A stretch of 63,042 nucleotides of DNA, filler included, from Choristocarpus tenellus KU-1152 (lineage: Eukaryota > Protista > Phaeophyceae), in NCBI GenBank assembly GCA_964200185.2. It is 8 parts of 8 records of this genome, joined end to end, with 100 filler letters (N's around TTAATTAATTAA, not from the genome) between each part and the next. Parts side by side here need not be neighbours in the genome. Positions count along the whole stretch, not along the records: positions 35,136 to 63,042 come from CAXNAD020000136.1; 7 more parts are not named here. The stretch is one strand, 5' to 3'. The notes under the pieces were generated by a model, which saw nothing but the letters and a program-made list of their open reading frames with translations, was not told where the DNA came from and searched no databases. This document shows positions 51,700 to 63,042 of the stretch, in pieces. Within the stretch, counting starts at the first letter, position 1; every line of letters begins with the position of its first letter. The position numbers and the translations under genes were made by a program.

Positions 51700-54500
51700 T
51701 GTGCATAATTTAATGACAAATCATGACTGAAACTTGAAGAACTATCCAATCTCCAACTGTCACTCTTATCCATACCACCGATTCTGGATCTATCAATGCA
51801 GTGGGGATAATAGTTTTTTTTCTCAAACACCCACTATCAAAGTACCAAAGGTCATCCCTTTCTCAAATGCTTCCATCACACCTTCCAGAGGAAAATCCAC
51901 CAAGCTGTACTGGTGGTATCATCAGCTTTACCACTCCCATCTCCAGCATTATTGGCATCTCCTCTCCCTTCCCTTTCCGTTTTCTCCTCTTCATGGTCGA
52001 TTCTCCACCATTTGAACCCTGCCAGTCACCCCATTGGTCCCTACACATCCAGGGCAACTATTTCTCTACAAGACAACTGCGTAGAGCTCTCAGCGGTGCC
52101 TCTTCACCAGGTTGTCATGGTTCTTCAGGATCTGTTGAGTAATCCACTCACCCTCACCAGTAAGCCCACCATCACCATGCTTGAATGGACCTCTCTTCTA
52201 CTCCATCCCATAGAGCTGAATCTCCTCAGCCCCACCCTGAGGTGATCTTAATTGAGGAGAGCATCCTTCCACCTACCAATGGATGAACAAGTTAGAAAAC
52301 CCTCTGCAAAAGTTGGGAATTCTTCGCCTGGTCTTAGAACTTAGCGGAAGGCGGGACGAGCTGCTGCAGGCCCTCTCCTACAGCCATACTTTGGTTTGCG
52401 ACTCTCTCAATCACCCCCTCTTTACCAACATAGAAGGCGACCTCAACTCCTTCACCACCATCTTCTACCACTATAGCTTTGATGACAACTCTCTCTTCCG
52501 CACTCACTGCACCACCTCATGACAAACGGATGGCCACATACATCGGGACTTCCCCTCCACATCAAGTCACACTAACCCTGATAACCTAGCATCCATTAGC
52601 TAGCATGCTGAAGAACATGTTGCTTCTCACAACAAAACGGTTCAATTTATTATGTACTCAAGGCGTGGCAAACAACTTCTTAGCAGCCACCGTAGCACTC
52701 TCCAAAGTGTGCTGAGATCTCAAGATTAGCCTCTATTGATTGATTGGAGGAGGGGTCTCAATGGATGCGACCATCAGCAATATCAGAGGTGGTGCAGCAA
52801 GTGCAGAGGAGAGTGTCACAGCTCAGGCTACAGCAGTAGAAGATGGTGATGAAGAAGCTAGGCTTCTTCTGAAGAAGGGGGGCAGTTGGGACCACAAACT
52901 GAACCACAGCTGCAAGAGAGTGCCTGCAAGCAACTCATCCCACTTCCCACTAAGTTCTGGGTGTGCAATGGTGAAGACAAGGGGGAAAGATTCCCCAATT
53001 ATGAAAAGATCTTTCTAACATACGCATCTAGGGTAGGGAGAAGGGTGCTCTCCTCACTGAAAATCACTTCAGGGTGGGTCTGAGGAGATTCAACTCAACA
53101 GGACAGACAAGAGTAGAGGGTCCGAGAAGCAAGCACGGAAATGGCAGGCTTGTTGATAAGTAGGAATGACGAGGCCGGTCTGCGTTGCCACAAGCTAGCA
53201 CCGGTGGTGGCAGTAGATACGAAAGATGTATGTTGATTCTCTTCCAATATGAGTGGTAGATCTAAAAAAGTACAAGCCTTCAGAAGGGCACACAGAAAAT
53301 AAAATGGACTCATCAAAAAAAGTATAAGGTGAGGCAGTCAGGTGGGTATCCACACCATTCTTACATGCCATCAATGCACTCACAAGATTACGTCCCAGTT
53401 TTGGGACCACCAGTGCTTCTAGAGTGATGGGTACATCACCAAAAAATAAGGTGAGGAAGTCAGGTGGGTATCCACACCATTCTTACATGCCATCAATGCA
53501 CTCACAAGATATCATCCCAGTTTTGGGACCACCAGTGCTTCTAGAGTGATGGGTACAAACCCACCATCAGAATCCCATGGGAAGCATGAATGTCCCCTTA
53601 GCTGTAGCAGCAATAGTGTCAATCCCACCACTTAGGATGTCTTTAGGTAACTCCAATTACATGTACTTGTTGAGGTATCTTTGTGTGTCTCAAGGGAAGA
53701 GTCCTGGGCCTAACATGTGATCAGACCACCCACTATTCGCAAGCATACAGAACCCTGTGACATCAAAAAAACGCCAAGCTTCTTGTTTCTTGATTCTTGA
53801 TACTTTCCCAAGAAAGCAAACCATCAGCCAAGCTTCTGACTCTAAAGAGTGTCCTCCACCCCCGCCAGATTGTGGCCCCCCTGCCATTGCATTTCTTCTT
53901 CTGATATTTGCATTCTGAATTGGAATGCCATTGAGCCTTGTGAAACAGAGCACTTCATATGATAATTATATATGCACTGAGAGGCTGTCTGTTCCAGCGT
54001 ATGGCAATAAAAAACAAAAACAAGACTGCTGTGTTGTTTCTCTTCACCAGTCTGAAGTGCATATTCTAAAAGACCTTCATATTCGACAACGCACCTGTGA
54101 TGGTAGTGAAGTGTACCCACCTCGCAGGAGAAGTAACCACCAATCAGCTTCATAGATACCATTCACTGTAGAGAAGAAATCATCAGGGTCTTCACCCTCT
54201 TCCAAGTGCATCTCAGGCAGCTGGTCATGGGGGTCCATAATCCATACAGGCATAGACAACCCAAACTTATCTTCACGCCTTCGCAGCTTCTACACCATTC
54301 ACACATGACATCCATGCGGTGGGATTGTCTCAGTGGAGAGTATACTGCTCCCTCTTGTTAAAGCGCATCCCCCTCTCGGAGTGTGTTCACATGCTAGCCT
54401 GCATTCAGCCTTGGTTTCCCCACGGTATAGGGCGGACATTCTTGCTTCCTGAAGCACAAGAACATTATATTTCAATCGGAACATAGCACAGTGTCACTTT
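51700..54500 (-). mobile_element. Intronic decayed copia (gag-protease region)
   Basis: ANSGWSDHM (cf. DSG.S.HM), VPKLGRNLVS; ~122-bp tandem duplication at 53313-53557. Confidence 0.65.
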
Positions 54501-56103
54501 CAAGAGCAACTCATCCCATCTCGGTGGCCTCAGCTCACCCCCAGCGTCTGCTGCATATCCCATGATGTAACTGTACTCTCAAAATTTGCACCCTCGAAAA
54601 AAAAAATCGTATAGATCCATCTTGGGTGTACAGTCCTCTGTTCTTTAGACATTAAAAAGCCCATTTACCTCAGAATGTGAAACTTCTCACAGTGGTGTAT
54701 ATCCCTTCTTGCTAACTCTTGACCGTGATCTTCTTCTGTCCTACAGATCTTCTTCTGTCCTCCAAATATATTTACCCTCTTGAGGCAGTGTATATCCCAT
54801 TAGGGTGTATAGCCCTCTGCTCTTCTTTGCCTGTAACCTCATTACAGCGTCACTACTACCAATGGTGCTCAGGACTGCATTCCATGTCAGTAAAAGTGGT
54901 ACAATATATTGTAGACCTCTTACATCCCGCAGGATAGACAACTTGACCCAGGTTGGAGGCCGCAGATCGTGTTGTAAGAGCTCGTTGCATAATTGTCCTT
55001 GCAAGACAAAGAGAGAGGGGGGGGGATGTGACTCTCTGGATAGCTAAACTTACAGTTACTCGTATATCTGTCCATATAGATTTCCAGCTTATGATTGGTT
55101 ACTGTCATCCAATCGCATTGCTCTGCCCTACAGCACAACACTATGTGTCAAGTTACGTCAGTTAAGAGATCTTGACCTCTACGGATATTCTCTGTAACAG
55201 CTTACAACAGGAGCAGCTGTCACTATGTCACTATGCATGCTGACAATCCAACACCTCTTATAGCCTCCTCAGACAAATACATCTCTTTCTTACTATTGAC
55301 AGTTCAGTATGTATGCTGTGATACCATACCACCAGCCATCTAATTCCTTACAGCAACAATGAAAATATATTGGATGACCTCTGGCAGGCCCCTACCAAAT
55401 CCCCTGATGAAAAGTATACTTGATATGTGTAGTGCATAACATAATACTATAATACTATAATAATAATAATAATAATATACAAACAAAATGTTTCCAAATT
55501 CCAAGTTTAACTTTCAACTTTTTAGCAGTGATGCAGAGATAAATGGGGTCACACTATTGATGCAGCAGGAGGTTGAGGGAGTGCCTACCAAGCAATTTCC
55601 CTGCCATGTTAAGATCAAATCCCTGGGGCACTCTTGGTAAACAGGTGTTGTAATGGGCCACATGAAACAACTTCAACAGACGCAAGACACAGTAGAAGCA
55701 AGAGGGACGGCAAGTGGGAACTAGTACAGCCAAGAAAGGGCGCCTTGCATAAACAAAAGAAGAGTCCTGTCAACCAACACAATGCATTGCTGGTTTGCCA
55801 CTGGTTTGCCCAACAGACAGAGAGAGGTATTTTCGGCAAGCATACAATTGTTGAACTCAGCACATCATACTCAAGACAAAACACACCCAAGAAATACACG
55901 TAAGGATACAATCTACTTAACCTCACTTCACAGAACTAGTGAACTAGTACAGCAGCCAAACAATACTCACGATTACATCTCTTCAAAGTGTCTCTTCCCA
56001 GAACGTTGACCCCAATCAGTGTCATCTACAAAATTTGCACTCTGTTCGCTCCCTGCCCCAGCACACCATAAAACCTTTCTTTTAAAAGTAGCATTCAACT
56101 CAC

Positions 56104-56210
56104 CTTGGTCTCCAGGCCCACCATGGATATCTGCCCCTCTTGCTTCACTCGAATAAGTTCCAGACGTAACTGTGAAGCATCCATTGTTTCCAGGTTTATA
56201 TCCCCTCCTT
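56104..56210 (-). CDS. Coiled-coil protein exon (GDINLETMDASQLRLELIRVKQEGQISMVGLETK)
   Basis: Strong donor AAG|gtgagt; acceptor position uncertain. Confidence 0.65.
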
Positions 56211-56531
56211 CTCGCCCATTATTTTCACACAAATGAATGCGATACAAGAGACAATATATGGAAGGCAGGGTTGGGAAGCAAGAAAAAAAATAGCAAGAGT
56301 CAGAGTACATAATATATATATATATATATTATAGCATCAAGGTCCTTCATTGTCCAAGATTAAACAGTAGGATTGATAGCATCATACTATCAGGGATGCT
56401 GTTTTCCCCTCAAACCATACCAAAAAAAAGGCACATCTTGCATACTAGGCATCTCGCTCAGACTTCTTTGGTCTCATCCAGGCAGATTGTGACAAAAGAG
56501 TAAGAAATGGGTCACACACAAAACACTCACA

Positions 56532-56588
<57 letters not shown>

Positions 56589-57330
56589 CGTCATGTGCAA
56601 GTAATGACTGCCATTTAGTCGAGGACGTCGGTCCAAGCTACAGGAAAAGCACAGAGTGTTTCTCTGTTTGTATCGGCCTCAACGGGCATGGCAAGAAAGT
56701 GTCGCCAAGTATATGATAACTCAGGTTTCCTCTCGACTCTGGAGCAACGAGTCTTCCCTCCCAGGGCTGCACAGCTAAACCAAAATATAAGACAAGCGAG
56801 AAGCGATTTGGCAATGCCAGACTATGTTTCACAGGGGAGTAGGGGCTATGAAATCATTAGAGCACACTGCTAAAGCATGACAGCTGAAGATCACCAGAGT
56901 ACACACTGTAACAATGCGACATCCCTAGGATGACACAATCCAAACCCTTCACACTGTGGAGGTTGGAAAATGAGCTTGGATAGTAGCCGGAGTCATCTCT
57001 AAGACACAATCCATCCACAACTTGAACAATGCTCGCGCCCACAAAACACTAGTTGAGCTATTTTACTTCATAGTGGATAGCATCGGGCCAGATATTGACA
57101 ACACACCCACATGGGCAGAATAGTGATTTCTATCTACAACTGAAGGGGACCATCCTCTCCAGCAAACAACTTCCTTCAGTCGTACTTCAAGCAACACTCT
57201 CTCCGCCATATCAATCAGACTCTCCTCTTCCTCGCCCTATGTGTGAAAAGTCTGCATTTGCTTTGAGGACATCTTCACCAGTACCATCTTACACCTTCAC
57301 CTTAAACTCTGGGGCACACCACATAAATAC

Positions 57331-57679
57331 CTGCACCCCCAAAGATCCCGCCACCCTCAATCCTGCTGCCGCTATCGCTGTTGTCACTTGAGTCCCTCCA
57401 CGAATCCTTCTGACCAAACCTGACACATGCACCATCCTCACCACCCTCCTCACTTCCATCCCTCACTGCTGCTCTTCCCACCGGAGAATCCAACCAAACA
57501 CTATCAACTCCAACAATTTTGTCCCCACCACAACTCCCTCGACAAAACTCAGTCGATAACGCTCTCAACCACTCTTGATCTAGGTGTAGACCACTTTGTG
57601 CAACCTCAGGTGCATCTTCTTTAACCCTAGAGGAAGAAATTAGGGTCCGGATTACAGACACACACCGCCCAAGCTCCAG
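57331..57679 (-). CDS. Probable low-complexity exon of the same gene (LELGRCVSVIR...)
   Basis: cag| acceptor in phase 0 after ...NTRLE; open frame to CAG|gtattt. Donor and small neighbouring exons (~57186-57236, ~56590-56637, ~56446-56472) are uncertain. Confidence 0.5.
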
Positions 57680-59159
57680 CTGTCGTGAATGAAGGGAAGG
57701 GGTGGGGGTTGAATGAGTGATGGAAGGTGTAGGTGTTTGGTAGGTGGTAGGTGGCGAGGAAGGGGGGGGGGAGGTCAGGCAATTGCCTACTATTGTAGAT
57801 CGCATGTCTCAAATAGAGTGTTTGCATGACACATTAAAGTTTATTGCTTCAGGTTCCGCTTTTCTTTTAAACAGGCATGAAAACTATCGTGAAACTATCG
57901 TTTTCGAAATGACCTCTCACACGGTCTACCACGCCATATTACTCTTAAGTTGCCCGTAAAACATCTGCCGGTAATTGAAGAACCCATTCACTCACTTCCC
58001 CACACCGCAGCCATGAATCACTCCAAATGTCCTGATACTTGAATGTCCCTTCACATCAAATTGCCACCACCTAGAACACCCACCACAGAAGTACTATTAC
58101 GATTTTGAACAAGTCAGATGGAAGCATGAGATTTCAGTGTTTTGAACACAAACTGATGCGTATCATGCCGATATCTCCAGTCATATCAAAAGTGAATCAT
58201 AAAGTAGGTTTCACAAGGACCCTAACGTGCAGGGTATACCTATATATATATATATATATATATATATTGCACACCACTGGACGAAGAGAGTGCTGCGGTT
58301 TAGTGTTCGCCATGGTATGACCATGGCAAGAAGGCATCCAAAAAATACTTCAAATTGCTCACACACACAGATAAGTGCTGCACATAATCACTCCATACCA
58401 GTCCACCCACTAGCAACTTTGAGTGCACAAGACTTGGCAACTTTCCTGATCATTGCATGGCTCACACACCAAACAAACACCCATATTTCAACACTGGTAC
58501 AGTACAGTACATCATGCGTACGGCCTGTAGCGCAGTATGGTGTGTTCATATAGATTCGGGGTATCTTGGACACAGAGAAGTGAGTGGCAAGTACGTTTCT
58601 TCAACTCAGCCCTCCTGAGCGATCTGCACAACTATGTGTGTCAGGCATGTCCTATTTCAGAGTTAGGGAATTATTACAGTAAGATTGAACACAATGACAA
58701 CCACTGACTTTTGAAAGGGGCTTCACAGGGTATCGGTAGATGTCACGGCCTCTTGACTGATGTAACATGACCCAATAGCCATATACCACAGGGTGGAGTA
58801 GGCTGATTGGTTGACATAAACTGAGCATGGATTGGTAATCCACGTGGACAGCACATCATCCGTGAGCAATTGCAAGTTTAATCATCCAGAGTGGCAATAG
58901 CACTCTCTAGGCCTAGCGCTCACACAACCATCAAGGATGTTAAAGCAATAACACCTCCAAAATGATCCATAACCCCTTACAAAATGGTCCACAGCCTCTT
59001 CACACACAGGTAAAATGTCCTCTATATCACTTCTTTCCTGATACCCTACTTCACCCAAGCATTCACGGATCAAGCGCACCCATTTTGTGCACATGGTGTC
59101 TTTTCATCAAGTTCAAACCATGTAACGGCATGAGTTCCGACATGAAAGAGCATCCTCAC

Positions 59160-59252
59160 TTCAAGTCTTGTGTTCTTCTCCTGAAGCTCTGTCCGATCTT
59201 CCTGCATGCTGTCCACCAAGGCCCGCCAGTCATCCCGTTCCTCCACCCGCCA
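59160..59252 (-). CDS. Coiled-coil protein exon (WRVEERDDWRALVDSMQEDRTELQEKNTRLE)
   Basis: tgcag|93 nt|gtgagg, phase 0-0. Confidence 0.8.
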
Positions 59253-59257
59253 CTGCA

Positions 59258-59436
59258 TAGGGTTAGGGTCGGGGTTAGTTTCAACTCTAGCAAAGAGTCA
59301 GCAGACAAATTAAAGCCAAGAGTAGATCGGAGAGAAATTGAAACACGGGTTGGTCGACAAAATAGTGACCCATTTTTAAAAAATCCAACACATCAAACCA
59401 GTGTGGAAAAAACCCTAACCCTAACCCTAACCCTAA
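59258..59436. repeat. Inverted pair of telomere-type repeats: (TTAGGG)-like at 59258-59278 and (CCCTAA)4 at 59411-59436
   Basis: Directly visible. Confidence 0.9.
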
Positions 59437-59546
59437 GTAACCTGCCACTACACTGGATGAAGTGATGGGAATGCATAAGCTTTGACAAGGCATCCCTTCA
59501 GAAAAAAAAAAAAACAGGGTGGGTTGGCAGACAACCGCACCATAAT

Positions 59547-59820
59547 GGGTGAAAGTATCTTTTAGAGGGTACGAGTATTGTCCTGTTTGTCCGTTTGGGG
59601 CTTGGCCTCCCACGGGGTTTATAATGACATTTTCCTATTCCGAAATATTTCAGAGTAGGTAAAATGTATACGGTACTGAGCAGGCACCATGCATACATCT
59701 GGAACAGGGATATTGACACTTCCTAACAAACACGATAACCAATATTACATCAAAATCGCAACATTTGATTTTGGCCCCCCAAGCGGATGCGCGGCTCTAC
59801 CCTCTAAGATGTTTTGACTC
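59547..59820 (-). mobile_element. MITE family A, full intronic copy
   Basis: GGGTGAAAGTATCTT...TACCCTCTAAGATGTTTTGACTC. Confidence 0.9.
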
Positions 59821-60530
59821 TACCTATGTACCTTGTACAATAAATAATAAGAACAGAACACCTTCCATCGAGAGGATACGTACCTTCCACAAAGTTCAAA
59901 AAAAAAAGAGTGACAATTGTTCTGCATCGACGGCTAAAAGTGCACGCTTTGGAACACATCAGGACTCAAATCAAGCCAACCTACTAATCTGCGGGTCACC
60001 TATCACATGACAGGATTAGAAAGAAAAAAAAAACAATCACTGACTTGCGTTGTTCGCGTTTCACCCTGTCAGAGACACAGTGCAGCCATGGTTTCTTTCC
60101 ACAACAAGACTCCCCCCCAAAAAAAAAATAGAGTACAACAAATTTAGGTATATCTGCACTACCATAGACAAAAAGAAAAAAAAAATAGCGTATGTATATA
60201 TATATATTGATGTGGACAATTATTTACATTTTATTTGCCGTTGTGTAGCGGAAATATCTACTGATGTAAAACTTGAACATCTTCAATACGAGATTGTTCA
60301 GAACTTCAAAACACTAAAGACGTTGAGTTAAGGGTGGGAAATTGTTTCCAGTCTCTTGGGTGAGGTGCCGAGCAAGTGTTTCTGTGTGTGAAATCAACAC
60401 TTCAAAGCATGCGGTTCTATTGCACCTTGAGGGGGTTAATATATAGATGCTATAACGAAACAGCTGATGGAACGATCTCTGTTGCATACGATTTTACCAA
60501 ATAAGCTGGCTCCTCTCAGGACCTAGGTTG

Positions 60531-60755
60531 ATCTCATCTAAACAACACCCCCAACCTTGAAAGATGTGTATGGTGGAGCACAGTACATCTCATCTAAAAC
60601 AACACCCCCAACCTTGAAAGATGTGTATGGTGGAGCACAGTACATCTCATCTAAAACAACACCCCCAACCTTGAAAGATGTGTATGGTGGAGCACAGTAA
60701 ATCTAATCTAAAACAACACCCCCAACCTTGAAAGATGTGTACGGTGGAGCATAGC
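60531..60755. repeat. 57-bp tandem repeat x4
   Basis: ATCTCATCTAAAACAACACCCCCAACCTTGAAAGATGTGTATGGTGGAGCACAGTAC units, nearly identical, no spacers. Confidence 0.95.
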
Positions 60756-60799
60756 ACAATGAAGAAAACTCCGAGATACCTATACAGTCCCTACAGAAA

Positions 60800-61590
60800 C
60801 ACCGCTAGAGCTAAAAGCCCTTGGAAATATTCTGACTGGTACAAAACTCACTCTTCATAGAACAACGGAAAAACACTTTACCACTCATGCGCATCATATC
60901 CCACACAGGCTGGGGAAGCTCCACTGGGACTCATGGTCGCTGCTACACACAACCCAAACTGGGTGATGAGTGCCCATCCACGTACCACACTCAGTGTAGA
61001 AAGCTACTTCCAAGAGTCGATGTACAGAAAACATTGCCTCTCAGAGCGTGATGACTCTCTCATGTGCCTCAAAATCATGCGCATTCCGTTTGTCCCCGCT
61101 TTAGGTTCAGTCAAGACTTCAGCATGAGAACATACATGACTGTGGTTAACTTCACCGAAAAAGTTCCCAAGGAACTACCACTGTGCAAAATTTACCATCT
61201 AAAAATGCACAACAGAACCGATCTTTGCCCAAGCACAACGCTAAAGTATGAGAAGGTTTCTTTAAGAATTTTTGTCTTGCTAAGCACTCAGAGTCTCTCT
61301 TATTGAATAGACTTTGTAAAACACACAAGTGGTAGGGAATCCGTGAGAGGGTACATACAAGTCATCATATGTCATCCCTCCTGCCCACCCTTCATCACAG
61401 TATAATCCAGACAAGATGTGATTGCAAACATTGTCACTCACTTATTGCACCTAAAATCTCCCCTTGTTTACCTCAAAACTCTGTATCAGCACTACGCCAT
61501 GTTAGCAGGCCAGTGGTCTCTGTAGCAATTCCGAAAAAATGATCCTGGAAATTGGGGTGGATATAAGTAAGGCCATCACGTGATCTCCAT
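60800..61590 (+). pseudogene. Possible hAT transposase N-terminal relic (intronic)
   Basis: SPWKY (BED-finger-like) and ILEIGVDISKAIT (cf. L...GI..K...ITTD). Confidence 0.3.
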
Positions 61591-61626
61591 CCCCTCGTCT
61601 ACCATTTGTCACGCCAAGCTACTGAC

Positions 61627-61743
61627 CTTTCGACTGTTCTCTAGTCTCAGCTGACTGGCCAAGCTGGTTACAAGGCTCAGCTCATCCTGACATTGGGTCA
61701 GTTCTACAGAGAGTCGCTGCCGCTCCAGCTCAAGCGCTGCGAC
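61627..61743 (-). CDS. Coiled-coil protein exon (VAALELERQRLSVELTQCQDELSLVTSLASQLRLENSRK)
   Basis: ctcag|117 nt|gtcagt, phase 0-0; heptad-like pattern; joins the 59252 exon. Confidence 0.8.
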
Positions 61744-61797
61744 CTGAGGGTAGTAGAATTGTATTTTGTTTGTGTTGTGTGTAAGGGAGAAAAGAGA

Positions 61798-61871
<74 letters not shown>

Positions 61872-62060
61872 CCCACGCTCTGTCTCAATACTCAATGATT
61901 ATCAAGATCCCATAAACCGAACATCACCTGAACCTGTGGACGACGTTTTACATGGTAGCCTTAAAAGTGAACGTTGTGTTTTCGGAGGATATTAGCTAAG
62001 ACGAGATACGTTGCAAGTCATCTTGTTAGTAGAAAGTATGTCAGAGCCTTGACGTTGGGG

Positions 62061-62424
62061 TTGACGGGCCATCATTATAAGATCACCAACACTAGGTAAG
62101 ATAGCATCTTAACTTGTGTCATGGACTATACTATACTAAACCGTATCCCGCCAGATGAAGTCAGCATTGTTGAACAAGAGAAGATCTAGGAGAAGTGAAA
62201 AAATCTATTATCTCCCTTACTGCTCAAGGGCAGACAAGGCTTGTTGACGGGCCATCATTATAAGATCACCAACACTAGGTAAGATATCATCTTAACTTGT
62301 GTCATGGACTATACTATACTAAACCGTATCCCGCCAGATGAAGTCAGCATTGTTGAACAAGAGAAGATCTAGGAGATGTGAAAAAATCTATTATCTCCCT
62401 TACTGCTCAAGGGCAGACAAGGCT
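62061..62424. repeat. ~183-bp tandem duplication
   Basis: 62061-62241 and 62244-62424 are almost identical. Confidence 0.95.
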
Positions 62425-62429
62425 CTCTC

Positions 62430-62860
62430 TTCAAGCACGTCACACCCTTGAGTTATTCAGGAACGCACCTGTGAGGACAACTTGGAGATCTCTGCATCGG
62501 CGTCATCCTTGTTCGAAGCTAATAGGCGAGCAAGGCGTTGAAGACCCGAATTTTTTCCCTTCCATCAAGCGGTGGCATACAACATATATTGTTAGAGGTG
62601 ATACTGGATCAATAGATATTCGCATATCAGCAATGTTCCCCAATTTTGAACAAAAGTCACCACCACATAAACACTCCAGAAAATGCAAAAGGTACATCAC
62701 ATAACCCATTTTCTTCACTTGCAAAGAGAAGAGTGAACCGAAAGAGTGTTTCTGTCGCTAGCTCACCTCTGCTTGACTCCCTTCATCACTCATCTACTTG
62801 TTGCGCATACCCCCTGCACCATGACACAATGATCTCTGGAACTGAACAGTTGGAGGGTGA
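62430..62860 (+). pseudogene. piggyBac-like transposase relic
   Basis: LELF, YW...MFPNF, PLLDSL...YP...DTMI (cf. P.ELF, YW...P.F, PL.D.....Y.P...DE.M). Confidence 0.4.
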
Positions 62861-63042
62861 GAATATCCTGATTGTGTTCATGAGTTTTTTATTTTGTTAT
62901 TGTGTTTTTACAATATCTCCATTTAACAGCCGATTTCAAAAATTGAGGATGGAGCTTTTCATTGAGGATGACCCAAAATTGACTGATCAACATTTTTAAA
63001 AAAAACATATCGACACTTTATCCCAGTCAATTTTGGGTCAAG

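Noticed and set aside
58100-58900. Additional hAT relic on the minus strand
   Set aside because: Only a weak CLTH similarity; insufficient support.
59411-59436. True chromosome end
   Set aside because: Only four units, internal to a contig and inside an intron.
60531-60755. CRISPR-like array
   Set aside because: Units are contiguous with no unique spacers; eukaryotic context and no cas genes.

Overview
This is eukaryotic, repeat-rich genomic DNA. It is not one locus: eight short contigs are joined by artificial 100-nt spacers (N44-TTAATTAATTAA-N44), so nothing can be inferred about adjacency across the spacers. Intron-rich genes, intronic TTAGGG repeats and abundant Ty1/copia debris suggest a brown alga or related stramenopile (inference). 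Host gene fragments: two Rab1/YPT1 exons, part of a HERC/HECT-type E3 ligase-like gene, a multi-exon coiled-coil protein gene (minus strand, 50.7-61.7 kb) and a few orphan exons. Most of the rest is decayed transposons: several copia elements (one nested), a Ty3/gypsy fragment, two RLE-type non-LTR relics, and hAT, pogo, piggyBac and PIF/Harbinger transposase relics. The main unannotated structure is a swarm of about 20 copies of three related MITE families. They share G-N4-A(A/T)AGTATC termini and a subterminal inverted GTCCATT(TG) motif, and several copies have clear 3-bp target-site duplications (TSDs). Up to five decayed Harbinger-like transposases in the window are candidate mobilisers. 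Also notable: telomere-type repeats at a splice acceptor, microsatellites flanking splice sites, and a CpG-decay signature in the MITE copies. All protein-family calls are by-eye motif recognition; no searches were run.
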